Assembly: GCA_043228905.1 (NCBI GenBank)
Contig: JBHGNT010000005.1
Location: 23,746,001 to 23,810,000 of the forward strand
Length of the DNA: 64,000 nucleotides
Direction of reading: 5' to 3'
From: Azolla caroliniana
Taxonomy: Eukaryota > Plantae > Polypodiophyta
Part shown: positions 1 through 11,777 of the stretch, piece by piece
Layout: each line of letters begins with the position of its first letter
How positions within the stretch are numbered: position 1 is the stretch's first letter
Program-made: the position numbers and the translations under genes
Notes under the pieces: generated by a model
What the model was told of the DNA's origin: nothing
The model's input: only the letters and a program-made list of their open reading frames with translations
The model's database searches: none

Positions 1-849
1 GACCCGGTTCTCCTAGACAGCAGCGACGACCGGTCCGAGACCGAGGGAGGACCGATGGGCGAAGAGTGAAGGCGGGCCGGTTTTCTCCGTCCCAACTTAA
101 TTTGGCGCATGCCGGTGGATGCGCGGTTAGGTGGGGGCGGATGTCGTGAAGAAAACCGTCCAAGGGTGGAATTGGGGCACCAAGGCGTGGGAACCGGCTC
201 TTCACGCACGTGCGCGCCAAGTTGTACATAGAGGCGAATTAGGTACCTAGGAGGATCGAAGTGGTTAGATACGGTAGGTGGGAATTTAATGCCGAACGGC
301 TCCTTCTTGACCGATAAAAGGAGGAGGATCGGGGGGGGGGGGGGGGGCGGGGGGGACGAAGTGCTGTCGGACCGATTCTGGACGCTTCTCTCTCTGTTCT
401 CCTTCCCTTTTTCTCCATAGCTTTTCCTGTGCAGGTTTTCGAGGAGGCTCGCGCTGTTTCGAGGAACGCCCGAGTGCTTCCGGCAGCACCTCCGACCTGC
501 TCCCTTTTGTGCGACGCAGCGAACAGGCATCGACATCTGTTCGCCGGCCTGTTCGGTCGTAACCATCCTGTGCCCCACCGCGGGTTGTAGCTTCTTGATC
601 AGATATTTGCTCATATATATATATATATATATATATTCATTTGTTTGCGTCTACTTGTGTCGGCGTCTATTCGCGTTCTCTGTGTTGAAGGGCCGTGTCC
701 CTGTGTATCCCCGGTCCTGCGTAGCCGGTCCTCTCTCTTTCCCCACCCTCGCTTGCTCTTCGGTTCAAGACCCCCGCGGTCCCGCCTCGTTTCTATACGC
801 ACTTGCGTAATATCGCGACAACGTGCTCTCTTTTCTTCTTGCACCAACA
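1..849. mobile_element. Probable 3' part of an LTR (GC-rich, poly-G, (TA)n), inserted into another LTR
   Basis: Ends in ...CACCAACA at 849 and abuts an interrupted LTR of a different family. No credible ORF. Confidence 0.35.
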
Positions 850-1276
850 AAGAAAAATGACAACAACAACTATTACTAAAAGTTTGCCCTAAGTCATATT
901 TATACTAATATGACTTTTCGGCTATTTACAAATGTATCCTCGATGGGCTCTCAGAAACATATTTGCGAATATGTCTCTTCATCCGGTTCTCACCGGGTCT
1001 CTACCATCCGGCTCTCCGTAGCCGGGTACTCCTCATCCGGTTCATACCGGGCCTGCACCATCCGGCTCTCCGTAGCCGGGTACTCCTCATCCGGTTCATA
1101 CCGGGCCTGCACCATCCGGCTCTCCGTAGCCGGGTACTCCTCATCCGGTTCATACCGGGCCTACACCATCCAGCTCTCCGTAGCCGGGTACTCCTCATCC
1201 GGTTTCGGCCTCGGGCGAGTTTGTTCATCGGCACTGTTCTTCTTCCTTCCCATCCGGAGGGACTTGTTTCCCAACA
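850..1276 (-). mobile_element. Partial Copia LTR related to the LTRs at 37351-37892 and 41934-42452
   Basis: Shares TTTGCCCTA.GTCATATTTATACTAATAT, CTATTTACAAATGTA, AGAAACATATTT and CATCCGGAGGGAC...CCCAACA with those LTRs. Confidence 0.75.
975..1205. repeat. 54-bp tandem repeat (~4 copies) within the LTR
   Basis: GCCGGGTACTCCTCATCCGG recurs at 1021, 1075, 1129 and 1183. Confidence 0.9.
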
Positions 1277-1500
1277 GAATTTGCGTTGCGTTTGTGTTGT
1301 GCATGTGTCTGTTTATGTCCACTTCCAAAAGGTGAAGGGCAAAGAAGAGGAGGAAAGTGAAACGGTTCTCCGTAGAGAAGGGAAGGAAACACTTCAGCAT
1401 ATGTGAGGTTTGCTGCCCGACTGTTCGCGGACTCCGCTGTAGAGAACAGAGATTCACTACTCTCTGCAACAGAACAGAGTAGAGAAGAACGAACAAAGCC

Positions 1501-2050
1501 ATGGCTAAGCCTACGTTCCAAGGTACTCGAAATAAAGAGGTCGTTTGAGGAGTAGGTCGCCATTCATGCTCCAACGTTTATCATAAGCGTGGTTTGTTGG
1601 CCATCAAAGTGAAGAACGGTGGATCCTTCCCTTCCCACTAGAAACAAGCTTCTGAAACTCTCGTATCTGAAAGACCTCCCAAGTTCTATCCTGCCGGTGA
1701 TGTTCCTAAACCCCTTTGAAATAAACGTGTCCTCAAACCTACTAAGCTCAGGTCAAGCATCACCCCAGGCACTGTCTTGAATCTGCTTGCTGGACATTTT
1801 AAGGGGAAGAGGGTTGTTTTCCTTATGCAGTTGGAATCTGGTTTGCTTTTGGTTACAAGTCCATTCAAGCTAAATGGTGTACCTCTACGTTGATTAAGTC
1901 AATCATATGTAATAGCAAACTTTACAAATCTTGATGTAAGCAAAGTAGATATGGGTAATATTACAGACAACTACTTCGAAAAGGAAGTTCAGAAGAAGAA
2001 GAACAAAAGTGAGAGCGAGCTCTTTATGGCTGAGAAAGAGGAAAAAGAAT
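1501..2050 (+). pseudogene. RPL6: Processed, 3'-truncated pseudogene of 60S ribosomal protein L6 (eL6)
   Basis: Manual translation gives [125 protein letters not shown]. No introns, several TGA stops, C-terminus missing. Absent from the ORF track. Confidence 0.92.
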
Positions 2051-2580
2051 CAGAATCTCAACGAGAAGGATCAGAAGAAGAAGACGGAGGATGTAAGTAG
2101 AAGATGGATCCATGGATGGAAAGGCAAAGCTTTAATGCAGGCTATGGGGCCCTCTCCATCATCATAATCATCCACACCATCACCATCTCCATTTGAGATC
2201 TCATCGGATACTTCTCTTAGGATGGGCCTCTCACAACATCTCAAAATCTTTGGATGTTGACGTTGCTTCTTTTTGCGCCGATCCTTCGATTGACCTGAGG
2301 GTTTCTGATCCATTCTTGTAGGTCATTATAAGGAGTGTAGCAGAGAGGCGACTGAGCTACAAAAACGTTCTACATTTTCTCGTCACTTATTAAGTTAACA
2401 TAGATTGTCTCTTTGAGTATCTCAGCTCTCTTCAATGCTCCGGTAGCAAAAGATGATTCTGCCAGGGCTTGTGTTTTGTATGTAACTGCTCTAGAATTGT
2501 GTGGCCTACTTGTAACAACTATGGCACTACAACTAGTAAAGATGATGAATGGCGATTCCAACAAAATCAAAGAGATCAAC

Positions 2581-2720
2581 GCCGCCGCCGCAATCATTGC
2601 CGTTGTCACCGTCATCGCTGCCGTTGCCATCGCCATAAGTGCTGCCGCCGCAATCAATGTCACCGCCGCCGCCATCGTTGCCGCCGCCGCCGCGCCGTTG
2701 CCGTTATCATTGCCGCCGCC
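2581..2720. repeat. GCC/GTT-rich low-complexity trinucleotide tract
   Basis: Degenerate (GCC)n that produces the spurious Ala/Pro/Arg-rich ORFs. Confidence 0.7.
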
Positions 2721-3202
2721 ACAATCTGCTAGAAGTGAAAGGCAAGAATATGAATGGAAGCAAGAAGAGAGGGGCATTCAAAAAATATGAGGGTAGAACG
2801 CAAAATTTCAGAAAATTGAGGGCAGAGAAGAAAATTAGAATAATTCGAGGGCACACACTTGAATTTCGAAAGCTCAAGGGTAGAAGACAAAATTCAAAAA
2901 GTCAAGGGTGAACAAAGGAATTTCAAAAAATCGAAGAAAGAGAAAAGAGAAAGGGGGTGGAGAAGAGAATTTCGGACAAATACGGACATTATCAAAATTT
3001 TAGAAACTGGAGGGTACTTAATATAATAAATAATAAAAAAAACAAAGCTGAGGGGTACGACATAGAATTTTGGAAATGTAAGGGTACAAAAACTCATCAC
3101 CACTCACACTAAGCAAGAAAAACATATCTATACACACCCACATACACCCACAATTATTGAGAAACCTAAATGATGGTACCATAGTGAATGAAACGATTGG
3201 TG

Positions 3203-3751
3203 TGTAATCCAATCGTGAGATTATGCTGACCGAACGAGAAGGTTCGTGTCAAGCCAGCTCTGATCAAAGTTATTGATCGTTGAGCAGTAATCCGGTCGAG
3301 GAATTTCTGACCGCGAGAGAAGACCGATGGAGTTCCGGTCAACAAGAGTTTTTTCGGCATGGGCTTGTGGGTTCGACGTGCAATGCACTGTCCCACAGGC
3401 GTGCCATGTGTTATCTATATAGGTGTACGGGATGGATAAGGTGTAATGTGTATGGTATGAAAAGTCTAAGGTATGTAATATGTAATATGCATGTGAGGAG
3501 TGGTATGTGTGAGCACATGCACAATTATGTGCATGTGACAAGAAGTGTAACGATCGACTCTTTTGTAATGGTCATTATTTACCATTACATTTTGTATTAT
3601 ATAAACCCCTTATGGGGCATGTAATGGAGATAGCTTTTTCCCTCTCACATTTGTGTCAATTTCTTTTGGCCTCTCTCTCTAGCTCTCTCTTTATCGTAAC
3701 CCCCTTGGGAGGGGGGTGAAACCATTCTAGGTTTCACCCCCCACCCCAACA
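3203..3751 (+). mobile_element. Solo or partial LTR (same family as 14880-15189)
   Basis: TG...CA ends. Shares CACATGCACAATTATGTGCATG, TATAAA(A)ACCC and the terminal hairpin GGGGGTGAA...TTCACCCCC.ACCCCAACA with 14880-15189. Confidence 0.65.
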
Positions 3752-4500
3752 ACAAGGACGTATGGACATATGTAGATAGAACGGACAAATGGAGACTGGT
3801 CAGATGTAGTGGGAGTGACCACAAAGGAAAACCAGAGCCAAAGCCAACCGAAAAAGGGAGAGGTAAAGCCAAGAAGGCCAAGACACGAACATGGTCCAAT
3901 GTCGTGAAGGGTTTGAAGATTGAGAACGAGTTGGAGATAACCAACTCAGACAAGAGTGGGAACAAATCAGAGACAACCGATTCAACCGAGAGTCGAAGTG
4001 ACTCGGAAGCACCTGATTCAATTGAAATGTTCGATTTGGTGGATCCAAATCGATTGGCCAAGCGGTTGAGAGGGCAACAGAAGTCGACACCGACATGGAG
4101 GAGCCGACAGGTCGAGAAGTGCCAGAGTCGCAACAACAAGGGAGCTAACAAAGGCCAAGGGAGCAAACAAGAAGACCGAGAAGGTCGAGGTGCACAGAAC
4201 TGGATAGGTCGTAGGAAGAGGAACCGAACTAGATGAGGAGCATGAGCCAGGCGGTAAGACGCCAGGAGGAGCCGGAGGAAAGGACCAACGAATAGTGACA
4301 CTCTGATCTGACCTCAAGTTGAGCTTGAGGGGGAGTGTTGAGTGGACAAGCTCAACATGATCCAGATCGGCTGAATAAGCTAGATCCGGATCGGTGTCCC
4401 TATAGATCTGTATCCGGAGCCTAGAGCCAGATCGGGGAACTGGATTGTACTCCAGAATAGTGTGAACCGGTAGGCCGTTAGAGGCCTACGGTCAAAGCCT
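3752..4500 (+). mobile_element. LTR retrotransposon 3' non-coding region, PPT and start of 3' LTR
   Basis: GAGCTTGAGGGGGAG|TGTTGAG at 4321-4342. A near-identical junction occurs at 30661-30692. Confidence 0.6.
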
Positions 4501-4779
4501 AGTACGTAGGCATGTTCCTTGGAGTTAATGTAGGGGTTCATTTATGAACATCAAAGTAGTTATGGTACTCGTGTCAGTGCTCCGAAATGTTGTTCTGGGA
4601 ATGGATTCGTCAATCAATCGACGATGTTCACCTTCGTGTCGATCTTCCGAACTTCGAGCTTCTTTTCGGATACTAGCTCTCGGATGTGATGATACCGCAC
4701 CTCAATATGTTTTGTCTTCATGTGGTAGATTGGGTTCCGAATGAGGTGTATTGTGCTTTGTGAGTTGCAATAGATAATC

Positions 4780-5182
4780 GGCGGTAGGTGTCGATTTGAC
4801 CTGTCGCTGGGAAATTGACTGTAAGTCGTTGCAACTAGATTGCTTCCTTAGCTACTTCTGATACTCTGTTATGTAGTCGGCCTCTATGGTAGACAGAGCC
4901 GTGCACTCTTGCAGCTTGGACCTCCATGATATAGTGCTGTCACCATAGGTGAAGATATATCCTGATGTCGACTTTCGATTATCTAGATTCTCGACATAAT
5001 CGGAGTCGGTGTAGCCTTCGACTTAGGTCAATTTTTCTGATCCAAAAGTTAGTTGTGCATCATCGGTCCCTCTTAGGTACCTAAAGATATGCTTGATGGC
5101 CTCCCAATGCTTCCATCTTGGGTTTGACATGTATCGGCTCACAACCCCTACGACATATGCAAGGTCAAGTCGGGTCGCCACC
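4780..5182 (-). pseudogene. Ty1/Copia RT-RNase H remnant
   Basis: Minus strand reads MVATRLDLAYVVGVVSRYMSNP..HWEAIKHIFRYLRGT..EGYTDSDY..NRKSTSGYIFTYG..ISWRSKLQECTALST. Confidence 0.8.
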
Positions 5183-5289
5183 ATTGTGTTGTTGAGGAAA
5201 TCCTCGTGTGTTCACGAAATGAAGTGGAACCATTGGGGTCCTGGACCAGATATATTCGATATTTTTACTAGCATAAGAGAGAAAGTATT

Positions 5290-5337
<48 letters not shown>

Positions 5338-5509
5338 GAAAAATCCCATTCTAAGATTGAACCCTTGACTTCAAATTTAAGAGGCAAGATACATCACCAA
5401 TAGTAATTTTCTTATTATTAATTTCTTGATTAGTACTTAGCTTCCCTCCCTTGCACAAACCCAACTAGAGGCTTTTGTTGAGAATTGAACTCAACTTCCC
5501 ATAGGAATA

Positions 5510-5699
5510 GGTTCACACTAGCCCATGGACATACCATGCTAGTTTTGTAAATAGTACAAAGGGCGCTTGCCCTAGTTTAGTTGGTATATAAACCAACTCA
5601 TTGTAACTTAGTTTTTTTGGAAGTCTTATGTAATATACAATTTTATTATCTCTATCTTGAGCTCCCTCTCTCTCTCTCTCTCTCCCTCTCTTTGTGTTG

Positions 5700-5737
<38 letters not shown>

Positions 5738-8003
5738 TCTCTCATCTTCCGCCGCATTGCAATCACCACAGACTCCATTTCTTAACATGGTATTAGAGCG
5801 TGTGGTTGTCTGATCACACCTATTCGATTGTGTTGTGCTGCACGCCAACGATCATCAGAACCGGCTAATCAACAGAAGAAGAAATCACCATGAACACTCA
5901 GATGGGAAGCGCTCTCCCTATGGAGAATCTCGATAGAACGAACTTTGCATCTTGGGAGTACGAGATGCATCAATACCTTGTCAGACAAGGTTACTGGAGT
6001 TACATTGAAGGAGCTCACGAAACGCAACCCAACCCAACACACGCCAACTATCCTGCTTGGGAGCAGGCCTGTGAGCCGTGTGTTGTATTGTCTAGCATCA
6101 TGCGTTCATGATCATATGCTTGGCTACATTCAAGAGGCAAAAATGCTGAAGCAGGCGTGGGAAAATCTCAAGAAGATTTTCGCAGCCAATACGGCCACAC
6201 GCAAGCTCCAGCTTCGTCAAGAGCTGAATAACATCCAACAGAGGGACATGCCAATCTCAAGCTATACCTTTAAGATCAAGGAGCTATGTGACGCCCTCGG
6301 ATCGATCAACGTCGTCATTGATGATGAAGAACTGGTGGAGATATGCCTCGGAGGCTTAGCACCGCGCTTCAGCGTGATTAGATCAGCCATTCTTGCAAGG
6401 GAGAACCCTCCCTCCTTCTTCGACCTTCAATCGATATTGCTAGTCGAAGAGAATCATGCTCGACAGAGGAGCAACCCATCAGATAGTCATTTGCTCTACT
6501 CCCAGTCGGATAATAGAAGAGATTTTGGCCGTGGAAACAGAGGTCGTTTCGGACAAGGCCATAATGATCGACAAAATCAAGGGCGTAACTCCCACCAATG
6601 GCAAGCGGACAGGAACGGGCCTAGAGAGTATGGAGGAAGGGGGAGTCATAACGCCGGACCGAGCAATCGCCGAAACCTAGTCGAGTACGGGTATTGCGGA
6701 AAACCTGACCACTACGAAGAAGAGTGCCAGAAGAAGAAACGTAAGGCAGGCCGACAACTCGTGAACTACGCAACAAATTCTGACTACGACGACTGTGGCG
6801 GAATGTTCGTAATGAGACATAAAGTACACTCAATGTCCGCATAGGCTTCAACTAGCGCCTCCGCCTCAAATAGTGTATGGTTTGTTGACTTGGGTGTGTC
6901 CAACCATATGATGTCTCATGAAGATTGGTTCCGGGAATTGCGTAAACCCGATCAACCCGGATATGTCGAGATTGGCGATGACACGACTCATTCAATACAG
7001 CATATCGGGAATGTCCCATTTGGAAATGACGGGGACCAAACTTACCTCAAGAACGTCTTGCATGTCCCAACAATCACGAAGAACTTGATCTTAGTAGGTT
7101 AGATTGTTGAACAGGGAATGCAAGTACAATTCAACAATAACGACTGTTTTATCGAAAAAAGGCGATCGAATCATAGCCGTCGGCCGTCGTGAAGGCCGTA
7201 TGTTCATCCTCGAGTCGAACGAGGTAAAGTAGGCCATGTATGCAAAGGGCCAGAAAGTCGAAACTGACTTGAAATTGTGGCACAAGAGGATAGGACACAT
7301 TAATCTCCAGAATCTTCAGAACATGCAGACGAAAGGAGTTGTGATCGGACTTCCGAACTTTACGGCAAAGGAGATCATGGGCGTGTGCGAAGCATGCCAA
7401 TTCGGAAAGCAACACCGTCACCCATTCTCTAAGGAGCGGAATGTGAGCAAAGGGATCCTGGATGTAATACATTCAGATGTGTGGTGACCTGCCCAAATGG
7501 CTACCTTCGGCGGATGCCGTTATTATGTCATGTTCATTGACGACTTCTCCAGGAACACCTGGATCTACCCGATGAGACAAAAGAGTTCAAAGCCAAAGTA
7601 GAAAAAGCTACGGGCTGTCATGTACGTTGCCTTTGATCAAATGGAGGTAAAGAATACTTTTCGGATGAGTTCATGAGTATCTCTAGAAACAAGGAATCCG
7701 ACGAGAGTTCTCGTGCCGATATACACCTCAGCAAAACGGCGTAGCAGAGCGGAAAAACCGGCACATAGTCGAGGTTGCACGAGCTATGATGAATGAGAAG
7801 AACTTGCCGAAATCATACTGGGCAGAAGCGGCAAATACGGCTGTATACCTCATGAACAGGTGCACAACCTCAGGAGTACACGACATAACTCCGCATGATA
7901 AGTTTTTTGGGAAGAAGCCAAACTTATCGCATGTCCGCATTTTCGGTTCAATCACCTATGTACACATTCCCGAAGATACGTGGCAAAAGCTCGATCCAAA
8001 GTC
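5510..8003 (+). mobile_element. Degenerate Ty1/Copia: LTR end, tRNA-iMet PBS, gag, protease, GAG-pre-integrase, integrase (3'-truncated)
   Basis: LTR end ...TTAACA then PBS TGGTATTAGAGC (5788-5799). Gag has a UBN2-like region and a decayed zinc knuckle. Further motifs: WFVDLGVSNHM, LWHKRIGHIN..CEACQFGK, QQNGVAERKNRHIVE. Multiple stops and frameshifts. Left boundary approximate. Confidence 0.88.
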
Positions 8004-8004
8004 A

Positions 8005-8060
8005 ATCATTTCGATCTTGACAATGAGTTTGAAGGCCTGGACATTCACACGGATGACATG

Positions 8061-8091
<31 letters not shown>

Positions 8092-11000
8092 TATTGTAAA
8101 GATAATGTATTGCAATAGAAGAGTGGAATACAAGGAGTAAACAAGGGAGCTCTAGAATGACGTTGAACCAAATTGGTTCATCCCTTATGGTAATATGCAT
8201 ATTTATAAGTTTTAATAGGATATTCTAGAACTTCCTAGAATAAAGACCATGCTAGAATATTCTAGAATTTGTTTGACAAAAGAGCACTCTAGAATATTCT
8301 AGAACATTCTAGAACATAGAGTACTCTAGATTACTCTATAGTATTTCATATAGTTTATCAATTGTTTTACAAATAAATATTTCATTACAATGGTCAAGAA
8401 CTCGATGCGAATATAACAAGGTTGTGGGTCCGATTCCTTGTAAACCCAAATTGCATGTAAGTGTCATCATGACACTATCCCCCTTCTTTGACGACCCGTA
8501 TCACGGGTCGCATGGGTTGAACTAGGACCGGGCTAATGAAGATATTGTCAATGAAATTCGGTGACCATGTCCGCAACATTGACAAGATTTTCAGCAGGTT
8601 CCCAAGTTCAATCATTGGGTGTATAGCCTAACCAATCGACCAAGTAATACAACTTGTTGCGCACGATCTTGGAATCGAGAATGGCCGCAACCTCTAATTC
8701 CGGTCCTTCAAAAAGCTCTATTGGTGGCGGGGGAGTTGTAAGATGGCCTGGAATCAAACTTGTGATATAAGGTTCGAGAAGGGAGACATGAAACACGAGG
8801 TGATGATGCATGTGAGGAGGGAGGCCAAGACGAAATGCAACATCGTTTATCTTACCAGTGATCTCATACGGGCCGAACCGTTGGTAATCTAATTTACCAC
8901 AAGGCCGAGTGTTCTTGATGTTGTGTTGTAGAAGCCATACACAATCCCCGACTTGAAACATTTTTGAGGAGTCTAGGCGATGACGGTCCGCAATCCTCTT
9001 GTATGTACTTTGGGCATCACGCAAATTGTGGAGAATGGTAGCGTGAACTTCTTGGAGACGACTGAGATGATCCGCAACAGCAGGATTGAGAGGAACTCCA
9101 GGGTGTTCAGTCATTGTCCAACGAGGATGAGAACTAGTATTTGCAAAAAATGGAGAATATCCTGTAGACGAATGGACCGAGTTATTATAAGCGAATTCAG
9201 CCAAGTGTAGAAAATCAACCCAATCATCCTGTTGATAGTTGATGAAACAATGAAGATACTACTCTAAAGTCTGGTTGGTACGCTCGGTTTGGCCATTAGT
9301 CTCTGGATGATAGCCCGAAGAAAGCTTAGCCGAAACTCGGAGAAGTTTTAACATGTGCTTCCAAAACTTTGAGATGAATTGTGGACCTCGATCACTGATA
9401 ATATCGTCTGGGAGACCATGATGCTTGAATACCTCCCACATAACTAGATCGACTATCTCTTGACTCGTAATAGACTTTGTACATGGCAAAAAATGTGCCA
9501 TTTTGGTAAGTCGATCGACCACGATCAGAATGGTATCAAAACCCCTCGAAACTAGGAGATCGATGATGAAATCCAAGGATATAGACTTCCACGGATTTTC
9601 AGGAACTGGAAGTAGTTGGAGTAACCCATATGATCGGTGTCGAGGACTCTTTGATCGACAACATGTTTCACAACTTCGGACATACTCCTCCACAAAATGA
9701 CAAAGTTGAGGCCACAAATATCGCCGAGAAACTAATTCTAGAGTTTTGGCTACTCCAAAATGTCCAGCCATTGGAGTGTCATGACAATGTTGTAAGATTT
9801 GCAAACGTGGGGGACCATCAGGTACATACAGAAGGTTTTGTTGAAACAGAAAACCACCAGGCCAATAGAATTGCCTATAATCAATACAAGGGCTTTGCGA
9901 CTTCGAGCAAGAAGCACGATCCGGGATGATATGATCTAAAACTTCTTTCGCGAACACATCAGTAGCCATATGATCTCGAATGGAATCAAGAAGAGTGGAA
10001 TCCTTGGTTGTGGTTATGGCATTGACTGCCATATCTGGTAGGAGATTTCGGCCCAAAAGGATTTGTTTTTGATGCTCAAAAGCTGGTTCTCGTGGACGAA
10101 GTTCCATATAAGAGCGTCGAGAAAGAGCATCCGCTTTTCCTTGCTGCATCGTTGGGCGATATATGATTACGAAGTCGAAGTGAGTCAAAAATTGCGCCCA
10201 ACGGGCTTGTCGCCGACTTAAGACTCGAGCATTTTGGAAATATGTTGAGTTCTTGTGATCATTGTAGACAATTATCTGCTGAGAAGAACCTTCCAGAAAA
10301 TGTCACCATTGTTGAAAAGAATCCACAATTGCCAGAAGCTCTTTGTCATGGATCTCGTAGTTAATCTCTACAGCTTCGAATTTTCGGGAATGAAAAGCAA
10401 TAGGATGTAGCTGCCCGTCATCTCCAGTCTTTGATAGAACACTTCCTAATGCAAAGTCGGATGCATCAGCTTCAAGGATGAAGCATTTCTTAGGATCAAC
10501 ATGAGCCAAAATAGGCGTTGTTGTAAATGCTCGTTTTAAACTTTCGAACGCCTCGGTCGCCTCTGAATTCCATATGAATGGTTGATTTTTCTGTGTGAGT
10601 CGGGTGAGCGGAAGCACGACCTTGGAATAATTTTTAATGCATTTCCGATAAAAATTTGCAAACCCAAGAAAACATTGTACATCACGCACGGAAAGGGGTG
10701 TTTGCCAATCTAAAATTGTTTGAACCTTCATTGGGTCCATAGAGATACCAGTTGATGATACAACATACCCCAAAAACTCCACTTGATTTTGGCCAAAACT
10801 GCACTTTTCTAATTTTGCGTAGAGACCATATTCTCGTAGTCGACGTAATACCTGACGAACATGTATATCATGCTCCTCTTCAGTCTTCGAGTAGATTAAA
10901 ATGTCATCCAGATAAACTATAGTGAAGATATCGAGAAAATCTTGAAAAATATCATCCGCCATATGCTGGAACATTGCAAGCGCATTTGTGAGACCGAATG

Positions 11001-11777
11001 GCATCACGATATACTCGAAATGTCCATAACGAGTACGAAAAGTAGTTTTCCATTCGTCCCCTGGGCGAATCCGAACTAAATTGTATGCACCGCAAAGGTT
11101 CAATTTTGTGAAATATTTTGCTCCACTAAGACGTTCCAAAAGGTTTGGGATCAAGGGTAGAGCATATCTATTCTGGATAGTCACTTTGTTCAGCCCTCGA
11201 TAATCCACGACCAACCGAAGAGACCCGTTTTTCTTCTTAACAAAGAAGATAGGTGCACCAACAGGGGATCTAGAATGCCGAATGAATCAGTTTGCAAGAT
11301 TCTCCTCGATATATTCTCGCAAAGTCTCTAGCTCAACAGGAGAGAGATTATAAATTGGTCCCCATAGTGGTTCTTTCCTTGGCTGTAAGTCAATAGGGCA
11401 GTCGTATGGCTTATGCTCTAGCAGTGTATTTTCCTTCACCTTATCAAAGATGTTTGAAAACTCTTTGTATTTTTTTGGTAATAGGATATTCTAGAAAGTC
11501 CTAGAATAAAGACCATACTAGAATATTCTAGAACTTCCTAGAATAAAGACCATGCTAGAATATTCTAGAATTTCCTAGACAAAAGAGCACTCTAGAATAT
11601 TCTAGAACATTCTAGAACATAGAGTACTCTAGATTACTCTATAGTATTTCATATAGTTTATCAATTCTTTTACAAATAAATATATCATTACAATGGTCAA
11701 GAAATCGATGCGAATATAACAAGGTTGTGGGATCGATTCCTTGTAAACCCAAATTGCATGTAAGTGTCATCATGACA
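8005..11777 (-). mobile_element. Ty3/Gypsy chromovirus (Tcn1-like), internally deleted: RT, RNase H, integrase and chromodomain between two LTR copies
   Basis: ORFs 10303-11214 (YLDDILI RT; ADASDFALG RNase H), 9259-10188 (integrase) and 8608-9204 (GPY/F, chromodomain YLVDWLGY). PPT GAAGGGGGATAG next to the LTR start TGTCATGA at 8474. LTR segment ~8213-8474 is repeated at ~11480-11777. Confidence 0.9.

Noticed and set aside
910-1406. Repetitive ORFs of 141-147 aa
   Set aside because: They are translations of the 54-bp LTR tandem repeat.
2370-2911. Ala/Pro/Arg-rich ORFs on both strands
   Set aside because: They arise from a GCC low-complexity tract and contain no recognisable domain.
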